A stretch of 64,000 bases of DNA from an uncultured Verrucomicrobiae bacterium (GCA_963788655.1 CAWBHS010000074.1:13431-77430), one strand, 5' to 3'; numbered from the stretch's first letter, positions 1-10,346 are shown. Program-made: numbers and translations. The notes: generated by a model from the letters alone, not told the origin.

Positions 1-489
1 GGCAGCAAGCCGTGTCACACGGACAAAAACACGCCGGGAGCTGGCGAACGCGACGTGCCGGAAATCGTCCAGATGATTGCTGAGTTTCCCAATGGCATGG
101 TCATGCACATTACCAGCGGCACAGTCAATGAAGTCGGCACCGAGGAACTGATCCGCGGACACAAAGCATCGATTTACATGGGCAGCAACCGGGTGGTGCT
201 GAAGCCCGAACGTCCCTTTGCCGACGAGGTCGATCCCGTCCAAAGCGAAGCGTTCATGCCCGAAAACATCCCGGCGCACCACCGGAATTTCTTCGCGGCC
301 ATCCGGGGCCAAGAAGAGGCTTATGCGGGCATCGACCTGGCCATCAAGGTGCAAACGGTGATCTCCCTCGCGGAAATGTCCGACCGCACGAACATGATGT
401 GTCGGTTCGACGAAAAAACCCGCAAGGTCATGGACTCGAACGACAAGGAAATTGATCCGATTACTTACGGAACCCTCAAGATTTCCTAA
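1..489 (+). CDS. Gfo/Idh/MocA-family oxidoreductase, C-terminal part (5' end outside window)
   Basis: Frame 1 is open from base 1; 'LIRGHKASIY...HHRNFFAAIRG...A.IDLA' resembles the Gfo/Idh/MocA C-terminus; these genes often lie next to apbE. Confidence 0.7.
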   Translation, partial: GSKPCHTDKNTPGAGERDVPEIVQMIAEFPNGMVMHITSGTVNEVGTEELIRGHKASIYMGSNRVVLKPERPFADEVDPVQSEAFMPENIPAHHRNFFAAIRGQEEAYAGIDLAIKVQTVISLAEMSDRTNMMCRFDEKTRKVMDSNDKEIDPITYGTLKIS

Positions 490-549
490 GTCCGAACCGG
501 ATTCGTTCACCCAGGTTTCGGTGGAGTTTTTCCACTGAAACCTTTTTCA

Positions 550-1662
550 TTGGTTCCCATGACTTCCGTAACGCTGGCCCGGCAGGCGATGGCGACACGG
601 TTCGAGATGATTCTCTGCGGCGAACATCCTGCGGCGCTGCGGGCTGCCGGCGAGGAAGCACTGGATGAAATTGAACGGCTCGAGGCGCAACTAAGCCTGT
701 ACCGGTCCGGCAGCGAAGTGGCCCGCTTGAATGCCCGGGCCGCCCAGGAAACGATCCGGGTGGAGCCGGGCTTGTTTCGCCTGCTCGAGCACGCCCAGCG
801 ATTGCACCGCGAAACCAATGGGGCGTTCGACATAACCATCGGCCCGTTGATGCGTTGCTGGGGCTTTATGGGCGGCTCGGGCCAATTGGCTTCCCCCGAC
901 AAGGTGGCTCAAGCGCGGTCCCAAGTGGGCATGGACCTCGTCCAATTGAATCCGCGCGACTTTACCGTCCACTTCTTGCGCGAGGGCGTGACCTTGGATC
1001 TCGGGGCCATTGGTAAAGGCTATGCCATCGAACAAGCCGCGGACATTCTCGAAGAAGCGGGAGTGACTCGCGGGTTGTTGCACGGCGGCACCAGCACCAT
1101 CCGCGCTCTGGGAGCACCGCCCGACAGCGCGGCTTGGAAAGTAGGAATCAACGTTCCCCAACAGGCAAGAAAACGAAGTTCCCCTGCGGCAAACGCAGGG
1201 GAACCAAGCGAACGCAACGCAGTGACGAAGCTGGCCTCGCCTATTGGAGTCGGCGCCGGACTCGAGGCGGAAGCCGCGGCTGATTCTTCGGATACGCTGG
1301 CCGTGTTGAGTCTGTGCGACGAAGCGCTCTCGGTTTCGGCAGTGGAGGGTAAGTTCTTCGAAGCCAGTGGTCGCGTGTTCGGCCACGTAATCGATCCGCA
1401 CACCGGGGAACCGACTTCGCGCGCCGTGCTGGCGGCGGTAGTGCTGCCGTCGGCGACCGAGTCGGATGCTTTGTCCACGGCCTTGCTAACCACCGGTTCC
1501 GCGGGATTGGCCGAATTAGCCGCCTGGCTTCCGGACCTGAAAGCAATCGTTTTGGAACCGGGGCGGGAACCGGGGCAGTATTCGGTGCGGTCGCGCGGTT
1601 TTCCGACGCAAATGACTGTCCGCGCTAAAGTTAATGGCTTTGAGGTCGAAAACAGAAATTGA
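550..1662 (+). CDS. apbE: FAD:protein FMN transferase
   Basis: AMATRFE, GAFDITIGPL, LDLGAIGKGYA, GHVIDPHTG, SDALSTAL motifs. Confidence 0.93.
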   Translation: MVPMTSVTLARQAMATRFEMILCGEHPAALRAAGEEALDEIERLEAQLSLYRSGSEVARLNARAAQETIRVEPGLFRLLEHAQRLHRETNGAFDITIGPLMRCWGFMGGSGQLASPDKVAQARSQVGMDLVQLNPRDFTVHFLREGVTLDLGAIGKGYAIEQAADILEEAGVTRGLLHGGTSTIRALGAPPDSAAWKVGINVPQQARKRSSPAANAGEPSERNAVTKLASPIGVGAGLEAEAAADSSDTLAVLSLCDEALSVSAVEGKFFEASGRVFGHVIDPHTGEPTSRAVLAAVVLPSATESDALSTALLTTGSAGLAELAAWLPDLKAIVLEPGREPGQYSVRSRGFPTQMTVRAKVNGFEVENRN

Positions 1663-1695
1663 AAACGCCGTCTTGAGCAGGTAGTTTGTCAGCGC

Positions 1696-2577
1696 ATGTT
1701 GGAAGACCGCCCTTACATGAGAAGATCAGATTACCGGCCGCACCAAACGCTGCCGGGGGTGGTGGTTCTATTGATCATCAATGTGGTCGTTTTTCTCCTG
1801 GTGGCCATCAACGATGCCTCTGGACGGTTCCCTGTTTTCCACTATTTCGCCCTGAGCCGCACCGGCATTGGTCACGGTTTTGTCTGGCAGCTCCTGACCT
1901 TTCAGTTCCTCCATGCCGGACTCTGGCATCTGCTAATCAACATGTTTGTCCTGTACATCTTTGGCCGGGCGGTGGAGGACATGATCGGCAAAAAGGATTT
2001 CTTCGCGCTTTACCTGGCCAGCGGGGTTGCGGGTGGGCTGCTGCAATTGCTCTTGGGACTTGCGTTTCCTCGCCTATTCGGGGCCTCGGTCGTCGGTGCT
2101 TCCGCTGGAGTGTTTGGAGTCATTGCAGCGTTTTCGATTTTGGCTCCTGATCAGCAAATCCTCCTTTTTTTTGTGCTACCCATCCGGTCCCGGTACTTCC
2201 TGTGGATCGCCGCGGGGGTGTCGGTCTTCTCTATGCTCGTTCCCGTGAGCCCGGGGGTGGCGCACGCCGCCCATTTGGGAGGCTTGCTCGCCGGAGTCGC
2301 TTACATACGCTGGGTAATTCAATCGGGACGGACGGTCACCAGTTGGCTGCCGGTTCGAGTCCGACGTTCCGATGACTTGGTGCGAGTGCGCTTTCCCCGC
2401 ACGCGATCCCGGCGCCAAGCAGCCCATGCCGAGCCGATGGATGTTACCAACCCGGATTTCATCAGCCAGGAAGTCGATCCCATTCTCGATAAGATCTCGG
2501 CGCACGGGATGCAAAGCCTGACCCCTCGCGAGCGCAAAATCCTTGAGTCGGCGCGCAGCAAAATGGAGCGGCGTTAA
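1696..2577 (+). CDS. Rhomboid intramembrane serine protease with C-terminal DUF6576-like domain
   Basis: WQLLTFQFLH, HLLINM, GASAG (catalytic Ser), AHAAHLGG (His); tail VDPILDKISAHGMQSLT. Confidence 0.92.
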   Translation: MLEDRPYMRRSDYRPHQTLPGVVVLLIINVVVFLLVAINDASGRFPVFHYFALSRTGIGHGFVWQLLTFQFLHAGLWHLLINMFVLYIFGRAVEDMIGKKDFFALYLASGVAGGLLQLLLGLAFPRLFGASVVGASAGVFGVIAAFSILAPDQQILLFFVLPIRSRYFLWIAAGVSVFSMLVPVSPGVAHAAHLGGLLAGVAYIRWVIQSGRTVTSWLPVRVRRSDDLVRVRFPRTRSRRQAAHAEPMDVTNPDFISQEVDPILDKISAHGMQSLTPRERKILESARSKMERR

Positions 2578-2642
2578 GCCGGAGGTTTCACTTCCGCTGT
2601 GGTTGCGGACCTGTGGCAGCGAACCTGAGCGCTCCCCCAGGG

Positions 2643-2669
2643 GTCCGCTTCCTCACGTCGTCGGCTACA
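2643..2669. repeat. REP-like family A (CCTCACGTCGxCGGCTACA)
   Basis: Matches the inverted pair at 10269-10346; lies between convergent genes. Confidence 0.65.
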
Positions 2670-2722
2670 GCTTATTGGTGGTTTGAGCGAAGTGCGAAAT
2701 CTCAAGCCAACCCGGGCAATGG

Positions 2723-4117
2723 TCAAATCTCCAACACGTCGCCCTGTTGCGGTACGACTACGTCCGACTTGGGCTTAATTCCTTTGAGGGTTTCTCCAAA
2801 GGCCAGGCATTGTGCTTCTTCCCCGTGGATGACGGCGATCTTCTTGAGGTCGCCGGTAAGGTTCTCGACATACCGCTTGAGTTCGTGTTTATCCGCGTGA
2901 CCGGAGAACGCATCAAAAGACACGACCTTGGCGCGGACTTCCTGCGGTTCGCCGAAAATGTTGACCGGGTTGCGCCCCGTCATGATTTGCGCCCCTAGCG
3001 TGTGTTCGGCGCAGTAACCGATGAACAACACCACGTTGTTGGCGTAGCCGATGTGGTTCTTGAGGTGATGCCGGATGCGCCCGGCTTCGCACATTCCCGA
3101 GGCGCTGATGATGATGGCGGGATCTTTGAGTTCGTTCAGTTTCATCGAGTGCGCCACCTGCCGGATGTAGGTCAGGTTTTCCATGCCGAACGGATTCTCC
3201 TTCTCCCGCAGGAACGCGTAGATTTCCGCATTGAAACATTCGGGGTGCAGCCGGTATACCTCGGTGGCGTTGACGCTCAACGGACTGTCCACGTAAATCG
3301 GGGCCCGGGGCAGTTTGTTATCGAGCGTGAATTGGTGCAGCACATAGACAATCTCCTGCGTGCGGCCAACGCTGAAGGCGGGAATGATCACCTTGCCGTT
3401 TTGCTCCAGGACGTCGCGCACCACCTGGCCCAGTTGTTCGATCGAGCCGGCTTTTTCCGTGTGCTCGCGGGCGCCATAAGTGGACTCGATTTGCAAATAG
3501 TCCACATCCTCGACCAACACCGGATCGCGCAGAATTTCATCGCCGCCGCGTCCCACGTCCCCGCTGAACAGGTAGCGGAATTGCCGGCCCTTTTCGCGGA
3601 CATCCAGGACGACTTGGGCGGAGCCCAAAATGTGCCCCGCGTCGCGAAAGGTAACTGTCACGCCATTCGCCACCGGCAACGGGCGGTCATAATTCAAGCT
3701 GACAAACTGCCGCACTGCTCGTTCAGCGTCCGTGGCCGAGTAGAGCGGTTCCACGGCCGGAAGACCTTTCTTGGCGCGCTTGCGGGAGACAAATTCGGCA
3801 TCGGCTTTCTGGATTTGGGCCGAGTCCTCGAGCATGATGCTGGCGAGATCACGCGTGGCGAACGTGCAGTAAATGTTGCCGGCAAACCCCTGGCGGCAAA
3901 GATTCGGCAGGTTGCCGCAATGGTCAATGTGTGCGTGACTCAGCACCACGGCATCAATGGTCTTGGGGTCGAACGGAAAATTGCGGCTGCGCTCAATGGT
4001 TTCGCCGCGTTTGCCTTGAAACAAACCGCACTCGAGGAGGAGGCGGCTGCCGTTGATCTCCAGCAAAAACATCGAGCCGGTGGTCGTGCGCGTAGCACCG
4101 TAGAAATGGACTTGCAT
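2723..4117 (-). CDS. Metallo-beta-lactamase beta-CASP RNA-processing nuclease (YSH1/TTHA0252-like)
   Basis: SHAHIDHCG, AGHILGSA, FSGDVG, ESTYG, FSGHAD, HGE motifs; start set at MQVHFYGA. Confidence 0.92.
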   Translation of the reverse strand: MQVHFYGATRTTTGSMFLLEINGSRLLLECGLFQGKRGETIERSRNFPFDPKTIDAVVLSHAHIDHCGNLPNLCRQGFAGNIYCTFATRDLASIMLEDSAQIQKADAEFVSRKRAKKGLPAVEPLYSATDAERAVRQFVSLNYDRPLPVANGVTVTFRDAGHILGSAQVVLDVREKGRQFRYLFSGDVGRGGDEILRDPVLVEDVDYLQIESTYGAREHTEKAGSIEQLGQVVRDVLEQNGKVIIPAFSVGRTQEIVYVLHQFTLDNKLPRAPIYVDSPLSVNATEVYRLHPECFNAEIYAFLREKENPFGMENLTYIRQVAHSMKLNELKDPAIIISASGMCEAGRIRHHLKNHIGYANNVVLFIGYCAEHTLGAQIMTGRNPVNIFGEPQEVRAKVVSFDAFSGHADKHELKRYVENLTGDLKKIAVIHGEEAQCLAFGETLKGIKPKSDVVVPQQGDVLEI

Positions 4118-4392
4118 GAGCGGAATCATGCCGGCCCGAGTCCTATCAGGCAAGCCAATGTGGCTCCCTCGCTTTCTCTATCATCGGCCCGATCCCAAAT
4201 CCATCATTGATTTCGGATCGTTGGATACTGATGAGACAGTTGGATGAACTACCCTTTTCCGTAGCGCAGAATTGAATTCCGCTGCCACCGCCGCGTTGGT
4301 GCTTTAGCGTGCTTGGTGCAGCGATGGCCAATGTGCTCCTGGGCGGACGTGATTCGAACGCGACACTTTGCACCGCACCAACGCAGTCGCAC

Positions 4393-5970
4393 TTACCGGC
4401 GCAGTTTCCGATCAGGATAGGGGTCGCCGGCGGGACGTTTAATGGGCATTTGCAGTCCGCCAGAAGCCTCGAGTTCATCGAAAAGTTGTTTGCGCAAACG
4501 GAGGACATTGTCCTGGAAGGCCGGCACGTCGATCAGGTTATGGCGCTCCAATGAATCGGTTTGCAGATCGTAAAAGCCGTTCCGGTCCCAGAGCCCCTGG
4601 TAGTAAATGTATTTGTAGCGGTCGGTGCGGATGGCGAAGACCGTGGGCGTGGCCGGGAAATTCCACTCCCAGTAATACTCATACAGAATATGATCCCGCC
4701 ACGGCACCTCCCGTCCCCGCAACAACGGCCAAAAGGAACGGCCATCCATCGCTGGAGCGCCGGCCGGTGGCTTGATCCGTGCGGCGTCGAGCAAGGTTGG
4801 GGCGATGTCGATGTTTTGCACCATTTGCAAAACGCGCGTGCCAGGGCGGATGAGCCCCGGCGCATACGCCAGCAAGGGCACACGGATGGACACCTCGAAC
4901 GCATCGCGCTTGTCATAGAAACCGTGTTCGCCCAGCGCAAAGCCATTGTCGCCCATATAGACAATGAGCGTCGAATCCGTCAAACCGGCCTGATCCAGAC
5001 ACTTCAGCAAGCGCCCCAGGTTTTCATCCAAACCATGAATCGTCTCGCAATACCGGCGGTAGAGGTCGTCGAAGGAAGGGACCGGATCATGATCGAGGCG
5101 GCCGGTTTCCATGTGGTCGATGCCATGGATGCCGTAACGGCGCTCTCGCACCCAGCGCGGTTGCGAGGCGTAGTTCTCCTCCGTGTTGGCCATGGTCTCC
5201 GGGTATGGGATGGGCGCTTGAGCGTAACGGCCCCGATGCCGCGGGGCGGGTGCGAACGGATAATGAACCGCCTTGAACGAAAGATAGAGAAAGAACGGCT
5301 TGGCGTGCCGATTCGTTAGCCAGTCCAAGGCCAGATCGGTCAGCACGTCCGTGTTGTAACCTTCGAATTGTCGGCGCTGGCCGTTGATGTTGATCGTGGG
5401 GTTGAAGTACTCTCCCTGCCCGCGAAAGGACGCCCAATGGTCGAAGCCTTTGCGGGCTTCATCCAAGTCGTGGCCCATGTGCCATTTACCAATGAACGCC
5501 GTTTCGTAGCCGGCCGATTGCAGGTATTCCGGGAAGAAACGAATGTCCGGCGGTTCGGGCCGCTGATTGTCCACCACGTGATGGTGGTGCATGTATTGGC
5601 CCGTGAGAATGGACGCGCGGCTGGGCGAACAAAGCGACGTGCTCACAAACGCATTGACCACGTGCGCTCCATTGGTCGCCATTCGATCCAGATTAGGTGT
5701 CTCCAGGAAAGTCGGCGCCTGCTTCATGAAGCTCATGAAATCGTAGCGATGATCGTCGCTCAGAATGAAAATGAGGTTGCGGGGCTGCTGGGCGGCATTG
5801 GGCGATGCGGCGGGCGCGCCATGAGCGAATTGACTCAGCCCCAGCAAACCAAAGAACAGCAGCGTCAGCTTTGGCTGCCACCAGCGAATTGGTCCGCCCG
5901 CAGCATCGCCCGGAGCGCGGCTGCCCTCATCCGCGCGTTCCGAGTCAGTCGTTCGCGCGGATGAAGGCAT
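4393..5970 (-). CDS. Sulfatase (N-acetylglucosamine-6-sulfatase-like S1 family); start uncertain
   Basis: NLIFILSDDHR, CSPSRASILTG formylglycine motif, GKWH, GDNG; hydrophobic signal segment. Confidence 0.9.
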   Translation of the reverse strand: MPSSARTTDSERADEGSRAPGDAAGGPIRWWQPKLTLLFFGLLGLSQFAHGAPAASPNAAQQPRNLIFILSDDHRYDFMSFMKQAPTFLETPNLDRMATNGAHVVNAFVSTSLCSPSRASILTGQYMHHHHVVDNQRPEPPDIRFFPEYLQSAGYETAFIGKWHMGHDLDEARKGFDHWASFRGQGEYFNPTININGQRRQFEGYNTDVLTDLALDWLTNRHAKPFFLYLSFKAVHYPFAPAPRHRGRYAQAPIPYPETMANTEENYASQPRWVRERRYGIHGIDHMETGRLDHDPVPSFDDLYRRYCETIHGLDENLGRLLKCLDQAGLTDSTLIVYMGDNGFALGEHGFYDKRDAFEVSIRVPLLAYAPGLIRPGTRVLQMVQNIDIAPTLLDAARIKPPAGAPAMDGRSFWPLLRGREVPWRDHILYEYYWEWNFPATPTVFAIRTDRYKYIYYQGLWDRNGFYDLQTDSLERHNLIDVPAFQDNVLRLRKQLFDELEASGGLQMPIKRPAGDPYPDRKLRR

Positions 5971-6120
5971 CCGCGTTCCACAAAAGTGTGAGATCCTGGC
6001 TAGCCGGGGATGGGCTTGATGGCGCGCCTGCCTCGCGCGCTGCCAACCGGTGCCGCCACCGATTGGCTCGGCAATGTTCGTACTCAGGAAACGGCGAAAA
6101 CCTTCCGACCTCCGAACTGT

Positions 6121-6164
6121 GGTTGGCGAGGCTCCAACCACGGCGCCCGGGGCGGGCGCGCTCC
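6121..6164. repeat. REP-like family C (GGTTGGCGAGGCGCCAACC...GGCGGGCGCGCTCC)
   Basis: Near-identical copies at 10462-10506 and 49616-49660. Confidence 0.8.
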
Positions 6165-6239
6165 TCGTGCTGCTTGAATCGGTGCCGACGATCACTGGCT
6201 CAGCAGGCAGAAGTTGGTTGGCAGTCATTCGCGACTGAA

Positions 6240-7253
6240 CTACTTGAGTTCGAGGTCCGCCGGTTTCAGGCCGGGCTTGAATTTGCCAAAACCAAAATTG
6301 GTTGGCTGATACTCCCCGACGTAATCGACACTGCTCTTGGCCGGAATCTTGTCCGCTAAACCCACCGCCCAGTAACACGCATTGACCAACAGGCGGCGCA
6401 GGCCTTCATTTTCCAAATCCAAGGAAGCGCCCATGGTGGTCGTCACAATTTGGGAAGTCTTACCCTTTTCACCGGTGTATTCGCGCAGCCAAACCAACGG
6501 CATCATGGGATCGTTCTTCTTGCCGGCCACCGGCGGATCGGTGGGCTGCATGCCGGAAAGAACCTGCCCCCAGACCAGCACCTGAGCGTCCTTGGGCAAA
6601 TGAATGATGGCATAGACATCAGTAGGTCCCCATAGATCCGTTACGCCGCGCAGGATGGGGTGGTCTTTGAACGCTTCGTTGATGACGCCATGCGTGCTCT
6701 CTTTACCGTGTGAGCCGTGGTGGTTGATCCAGGTGTCGCCGAGCACTTGCTGACCAAATCCGCCGGGCCATTTCTTGTTTTGGAACGAATACTTGGCATA
6801 CGGACTTTGCGAATTCCCCCCGTAGTTGAACGCGTGCGTGCTGGTGCGCAGGGCGATAATGGGTTTGCCGGAGTTCACGTAATCGACGAAATGTTTCATC
6901 TGCGCATCCGGCAGATGTCGAAACCGCAGCAACATGAAACACAAATCCGCGGAGTCCAGTGCCTCGAGGCCCGGGATGTTGTCGAGGGTGGTTGGACTGA
7001 TGGTGCCGTCGGTCTTGTTGATGGCAAACAGCACGGTACACTTGAAGCCATGGCGCTCGGCCAGGATTCTCGCCATCATGGGCAGTCCCTCTTCTGAACG
7101 ATACTCTTCGTCGCCCGAGAGGAAAACAATGTGCTTGCCCTTGCCGGGGCCATCCTTGCCTTCGTAAACGACCCAGTCTTTGGCCCCGACGTGGCTACCG
7201 CCGAATGTGAATGCGAGGAACATGGAACAAACCAGATATTTGATGTTTTTCAT
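6240..7253 (-). CDS. Secreted ThuA-like (class I glutamine amidotransferase-like fold) protein
   Basis: Signal peptide; KHIVFLSGDEEYRSEE, RTSTHAF, TTMG motifs typical of PVC ThuA-like proteins. Confidence 0.75.
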   Translation of the reverse strand: MKNIKYLVCSMFLAFTFGGSHVGAKDWVVYEGKDGPGKGKHIVFLSGDEEYRSEEGLPMMARILAERHGFKCTVLFAINKTDGTISPTTLDNIPGLEALDSADLCFMLLRFRHLPDAQMKHFVDYVNSGKPIIALRTSTHAFNYGGNSQSPYAKYSFQNKKWPGGFGQQVLGDTWINHHGSHGKESTHGVINEAFKDHPILRGVTDLWGPTDVYAIIHLPKDAQVLVWGQVLSGMQPTDPPVAGKKNDPMMPLVWLREYTGEKGKTSQIVTTTMGASLDLENEGLRRLLVNACYWAVGLADKIPAKSSVDYVGEYQPTNFGFGKFKPGLKPADLELK

Positions 7254-7385
7254 GGTGGCGTAATGTTTGAAAATTGTTAACGGCCCGGCTCGTTTTTGAC
7301 AACCGCAAAGAACTGTTGTGCCACAAAAGATAGGACCACCGAGCTAAGCCGGAGCGATTCCGTTGGAGTGGCTGCATACATACAG

Positions 7386-10049
7386 CTAGGGCGATTCCGT
7401 CGCGCACTGCTTCCAGAGCCGGGCAATTTGTTGCTTTTGCGGTTCTGAGGATTGCTCGTCAGCCACGAGCAATCGATCCAGCCCGTCCGCCAGCTTGCGC
7501 ACGGTATCGAGGTAGGATTGATCAGCCGCAACCTCCGACACCGGACTGGCCAGCGGTTTGAGGGTGCCGTTGTTCAGCATGCTCAAACGGGTGTGCGCGG
7601 TGGCCAGGCAGTCGATCAACAATCGCACGTGCGCCGCAAGGCTGGTGTCGGCGAGACTATTCTCGTTCAGCAAGCGTTGAAATCGCACGTAGCGTTTGGC
7701 GGGCTCCAGCAGCTTCGCAATGTCCGGCATTGTCGTCCCGGCGCGTTGCGCCACACGACGTCCTTGCACGTAAAGAGCGAGTTGCCCGTCGGGGGCAACG
7801 GTTCCTGCCACGTGGACCCATTGGCCCGGGGTCAAGGCTGCCTCGGCAATCACCGTTCCGGCCTGAGAAATCAGCCGCAGGGAATTCCCGGGATACGTAT
7901 CGAGGAGAAAGCCGTTCGAAGTGCCGGCCTGGGATTTGTCGATGATACGTCCTCCACTGGCGGGCAGCTCCTCCGGGCAAAGCCAGGCATCAAGCGTACA
8001 AGCATCGGCGAAATTGAGCGAGGAATCGGGGGCGATTTCCAGATATCCGGAACCGTCCAGATGAATGGCCGTGCCCATGACGGTGTTCGTCTGTCCCACG
8101 GTTCCGGCTGCGCGCGCTACTAAAGGCGTCCCGGCTTGGGACACGAAGTTGCTCAGCGCTGAATTCTCGAATGACCAGTCGCCAACGAGCGCCGGATCCT
8201 TAGACAGCGGACCAGGACTTTGCTGGTGGAGTGTCTCAATTTCGTCAGGGGCCAACGCCCGGTTGAAAATGCGCACCCGCGCCAGATCACCATGAAAACG
8301 AGTTTCGCCATTGCTGTCGGCACCAATTCTCAGCGGCAGACTGTTGGTGGAGAAATTGGGTTGTTTCAGGCGCAGCCATGCTTCGTCGTTTGGTGGCAAT
8401 GGCGGCATTGCGCGCTCGGGTGACGGTTGGAATCCCAGAGGCTTGGCGCCACCCAAGGCAATTTCAATCGTCGCGATTTCCGGCACATTTACGTACGGCA
8501 GGAAAACCGATTGCCGGTCAAACCGCTTCCAGGTTTTGCCGTTAATCCTGACGGCGGTAACAGTTCCGGTGCCGACGGTGGCCAGGTAAAGGCGTTTCGT
8601 GCCAAACCGGATCGGGAATCGCTGTTCCAAGCGCGTAATGCCCGGCGGGATGTGCGGCACCAGCGTGAGCCCGTCCGCGCGATAAAGATACTCGAACAAT
8701 CCCCGCACCATCGCCGCCGGCGGACCTAACGCGTCGTAGGTGAGGTTGATCGGTCGGCCCGGTTGATAAACGTCGCTGCCGAATTTCACCAGCGGATTGT
8801 CCATGCGAAAGCGGCGTGCAAACGTGAGCAGTTGCCGCATGGATCGGCGAGCGTCATCGAAATGGCTGAGCCGGTAATAGCCGAGGATCATGCGCGCTTC
8901 GCATGTGGACCAGTGCCCGCCATTGACCCACGTGCCGTAATTCCATAAGCCTGTCGGTGACTCGTACATGTCGTCGTAGGACGGATAATTCGGCAGGATA
9001 AAATCGTATGGACGAAGCTCCGGCAGCGAGGCGATGCGGTCATAAATCCGTTCCGCCTGCGCGTCGTCCACCACGCGGAAGGCGATGGCGTCTTGATTGG
9101 GCGAGGTTTCAAAATAGCCATGTTTCTCGGCGCCGAACACGCCGTGGCGCGTGCCGTCCGGATCAAGCGAGTTGATGAAATATCCTTCGTCGGTGGTGAG
9201 CCGCGCCAGGCCCAGTCGGGCGGTCGCGCGTTGTTGGGTGCGATGTTCCGCCTCCAGGTCGCGCCCGGCCAATTGCTCGAGCGCGATTAATCGGTCCAGC
9301 GCCGCAATGTAGGTGACCGACAAACCGGCAAGGTAAGCCTTGCCATACGTACCGTCGGGCTGTTTCCATCCGGCGAAACTCGGCGCGAGCAAATTGGCCG
9401 CGGGGCCGGCCAGGAAGAGATTGTTCGTCGGATCGCGGCGCGTTTCGATGAAATTGGCGCACCGTTCAAGCTTGGGCAAATACTTGGCAATGGCCACCTG
9501 GTCCCGGCCAATGAGTAGGAGTTCGGATTGCATCAACAATCCCGCCGCGGTGAATTCCATTCCCCAATCGTGAATCTGCGGACGCCCATCGCCCTGCCGG
9601 TAAACGATCCAGCCGGGCCGCGCGCAGTCGCACAAACAACCGTCCGGCGCCACCCAGTCGAACGGCGGTTTGGCGCCAACCCGCTTCCCATCGCCCATCT
9701 GATCGAACCAGAGATCCTGCGAATTTTGAAGAAAGGTCACGAACGGTTCTGTCAAGAACGGCAGCACGCAGTACGTCGGCCCGTAACTGTTCTGGATCCA
9801 CCACGCATCCCACGTCGGACCTTCCACCAGCCCATTCCAGTCCGGCCGATACAGCATCGCCAGATTTTGAAACTCGGGGTCCGGAGCAAACATTCGGCGC
9901 GCCGTGTCGAGCAGACGAAGATATTCCACGTCTCCGCTACCGCGATAAAAACGACCTTCGAACGTTGCTGGTCCGGTGGCTTGCAGGGATACTGCCAAGA
10001 GGTGGAACAGAATCAACAATCCGGAAAGGAATTTCGAGGTATTCATCAT
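7386..10049 (-). CDS. Secreted putative (alpha/alpha)6 glycoside hydrolase with LamG/concanavalin-like domain
   Basis: Signal peptide; Trp/Asp-rich N-terminal domain (WVNGGHW); LamG motifs LRIG..F.GDLARVRIFNRAL and WVHVAGT..LALYV. Confidence 0.6.
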   Translation of the reverse strand: MMNTSKFLSGLLILFHLLAVSLQATGPATFEGRFYRGSGDVEYLRLLDTARRMFAPDPEFQNLAMLYRPDWNGLVEGPTWDAWWIQNSYGPTYCVLPFLTEPFVTFLQNSQDLWFDQMGDGKRVGAKPPFDWVAPDGCLCDCARPGWIVYRQGDGRPQIHDWGMEFTAAGLLMQSELLLIGRDQVAIAKYLPKLERCANFIETRRDPTNNLFLAGPAANLLAPSFAGWKQPDGTYGKAYLAGLSVTYIAALDRLIALEQLAGRDLEAEHRTQQRATARLGLARLTTDEGYFINSLDPDGTRHGVFGAEKHGYFETSPNQDAIAFRVVDDAQAERIYDRIASLPELRPYDFILPNYPSYDDMYESPTGLWNYGTWVNGGHWSTCEARMILGYYRLSHFDDARRSMRQLLTFARRFRMDNPLVKFGSDVYQPGRPINLTYDALGPPAAMVRGLFEYLYRADGLTLVPHIPPGITRLEQRFPIRFGTKRLYLATVGTGTVTAVRINGKTWKRFDRQSVFLPYVNVPEIATIEIALGGAKPLGFQPSPERAMPPLPPNDEAWLRLKQPNFSTNSLPLRIGADSNGETRFHGDLARVRIFNRALAPDEIETLHQQSPGPLSKDPALVGDWSFENSALSNFVSQAGTPLVARAAGTVGQTNTVMGTAIHLDGSGYLEIAPDSSLNFADACTLDAWLCPEELPASGGRIIDKSQAGTSNGFLLDTYPGNSLRLISQAGTVIAEAALTPGQWVHVAGTVAPDGQLALYVQGRRVAQRAGTTMPDIAKLLEPAKRYVRFQRLLNENSLADTSLAAHVRLLIDCLATAHTRLSMLNNGTLKPLASPVSEVAADQSYLDTVRKLADGLDRLLVADEQSSEPQKQQIARLWKQCATESP

Positions 10050-10198
10050 GGTATTCCCTGATTCAGACTTGGTTGGCGCCGGTCTTGTTCAATTGAATGG
10101 AATTGAAATCCAGCATTCGAATGGTGCGAAGACAGCAACGGGGCACACTCAAAACACAACCTGGCGGAACACGAGGGGTGTGAACGATCGCGCCAGCG

Positions 10199-10229
10199 TT
10201 TGGAGTGCGTCCGGCTTGCCGGCGCTTTC
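10199..10229. repeat. REP-like family B (TTGGAGTGCGTCCGGCTTGCCGGCGCTTT)
   Basis: Identical core at 55685; related pair at 58068-58144. Confidence 0.8.
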
Positions 10230-10268
10230 GGTTGGGATAAGCCGCTGACCCGAATATTTCACGCGCAC

Positions 10269-10346
10269 TGTAGCCGCTGACGTCAGGAGGCGGATTCACC
10301 AGTGCCAAGTAGCCCAAAGGTCCACCTCCTCACGTCGGTGGCTACA
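10269..10346. repeat. REP-like family A inverted pair
   Basis: TGTAGCCGCTGACGTCAGGAGG ... CCTCCTCACGTCGGTGGCTACA. Confidence 0.8.

Noticed and set aside
3002..4210. Long antisense ORFs (also 10445-11692, 13824-15350, 26381-27718, 43925-45055, 49905-51617)
   Set aside because: Shadows of well-supported opposite-strand genes in high-GC DNA; no motifs
5971..6378. Extended N-terminus of the 661-aa sulfatase ORF
   Set aside because: Overlaps the upstream gene and reads through an intergenic REP
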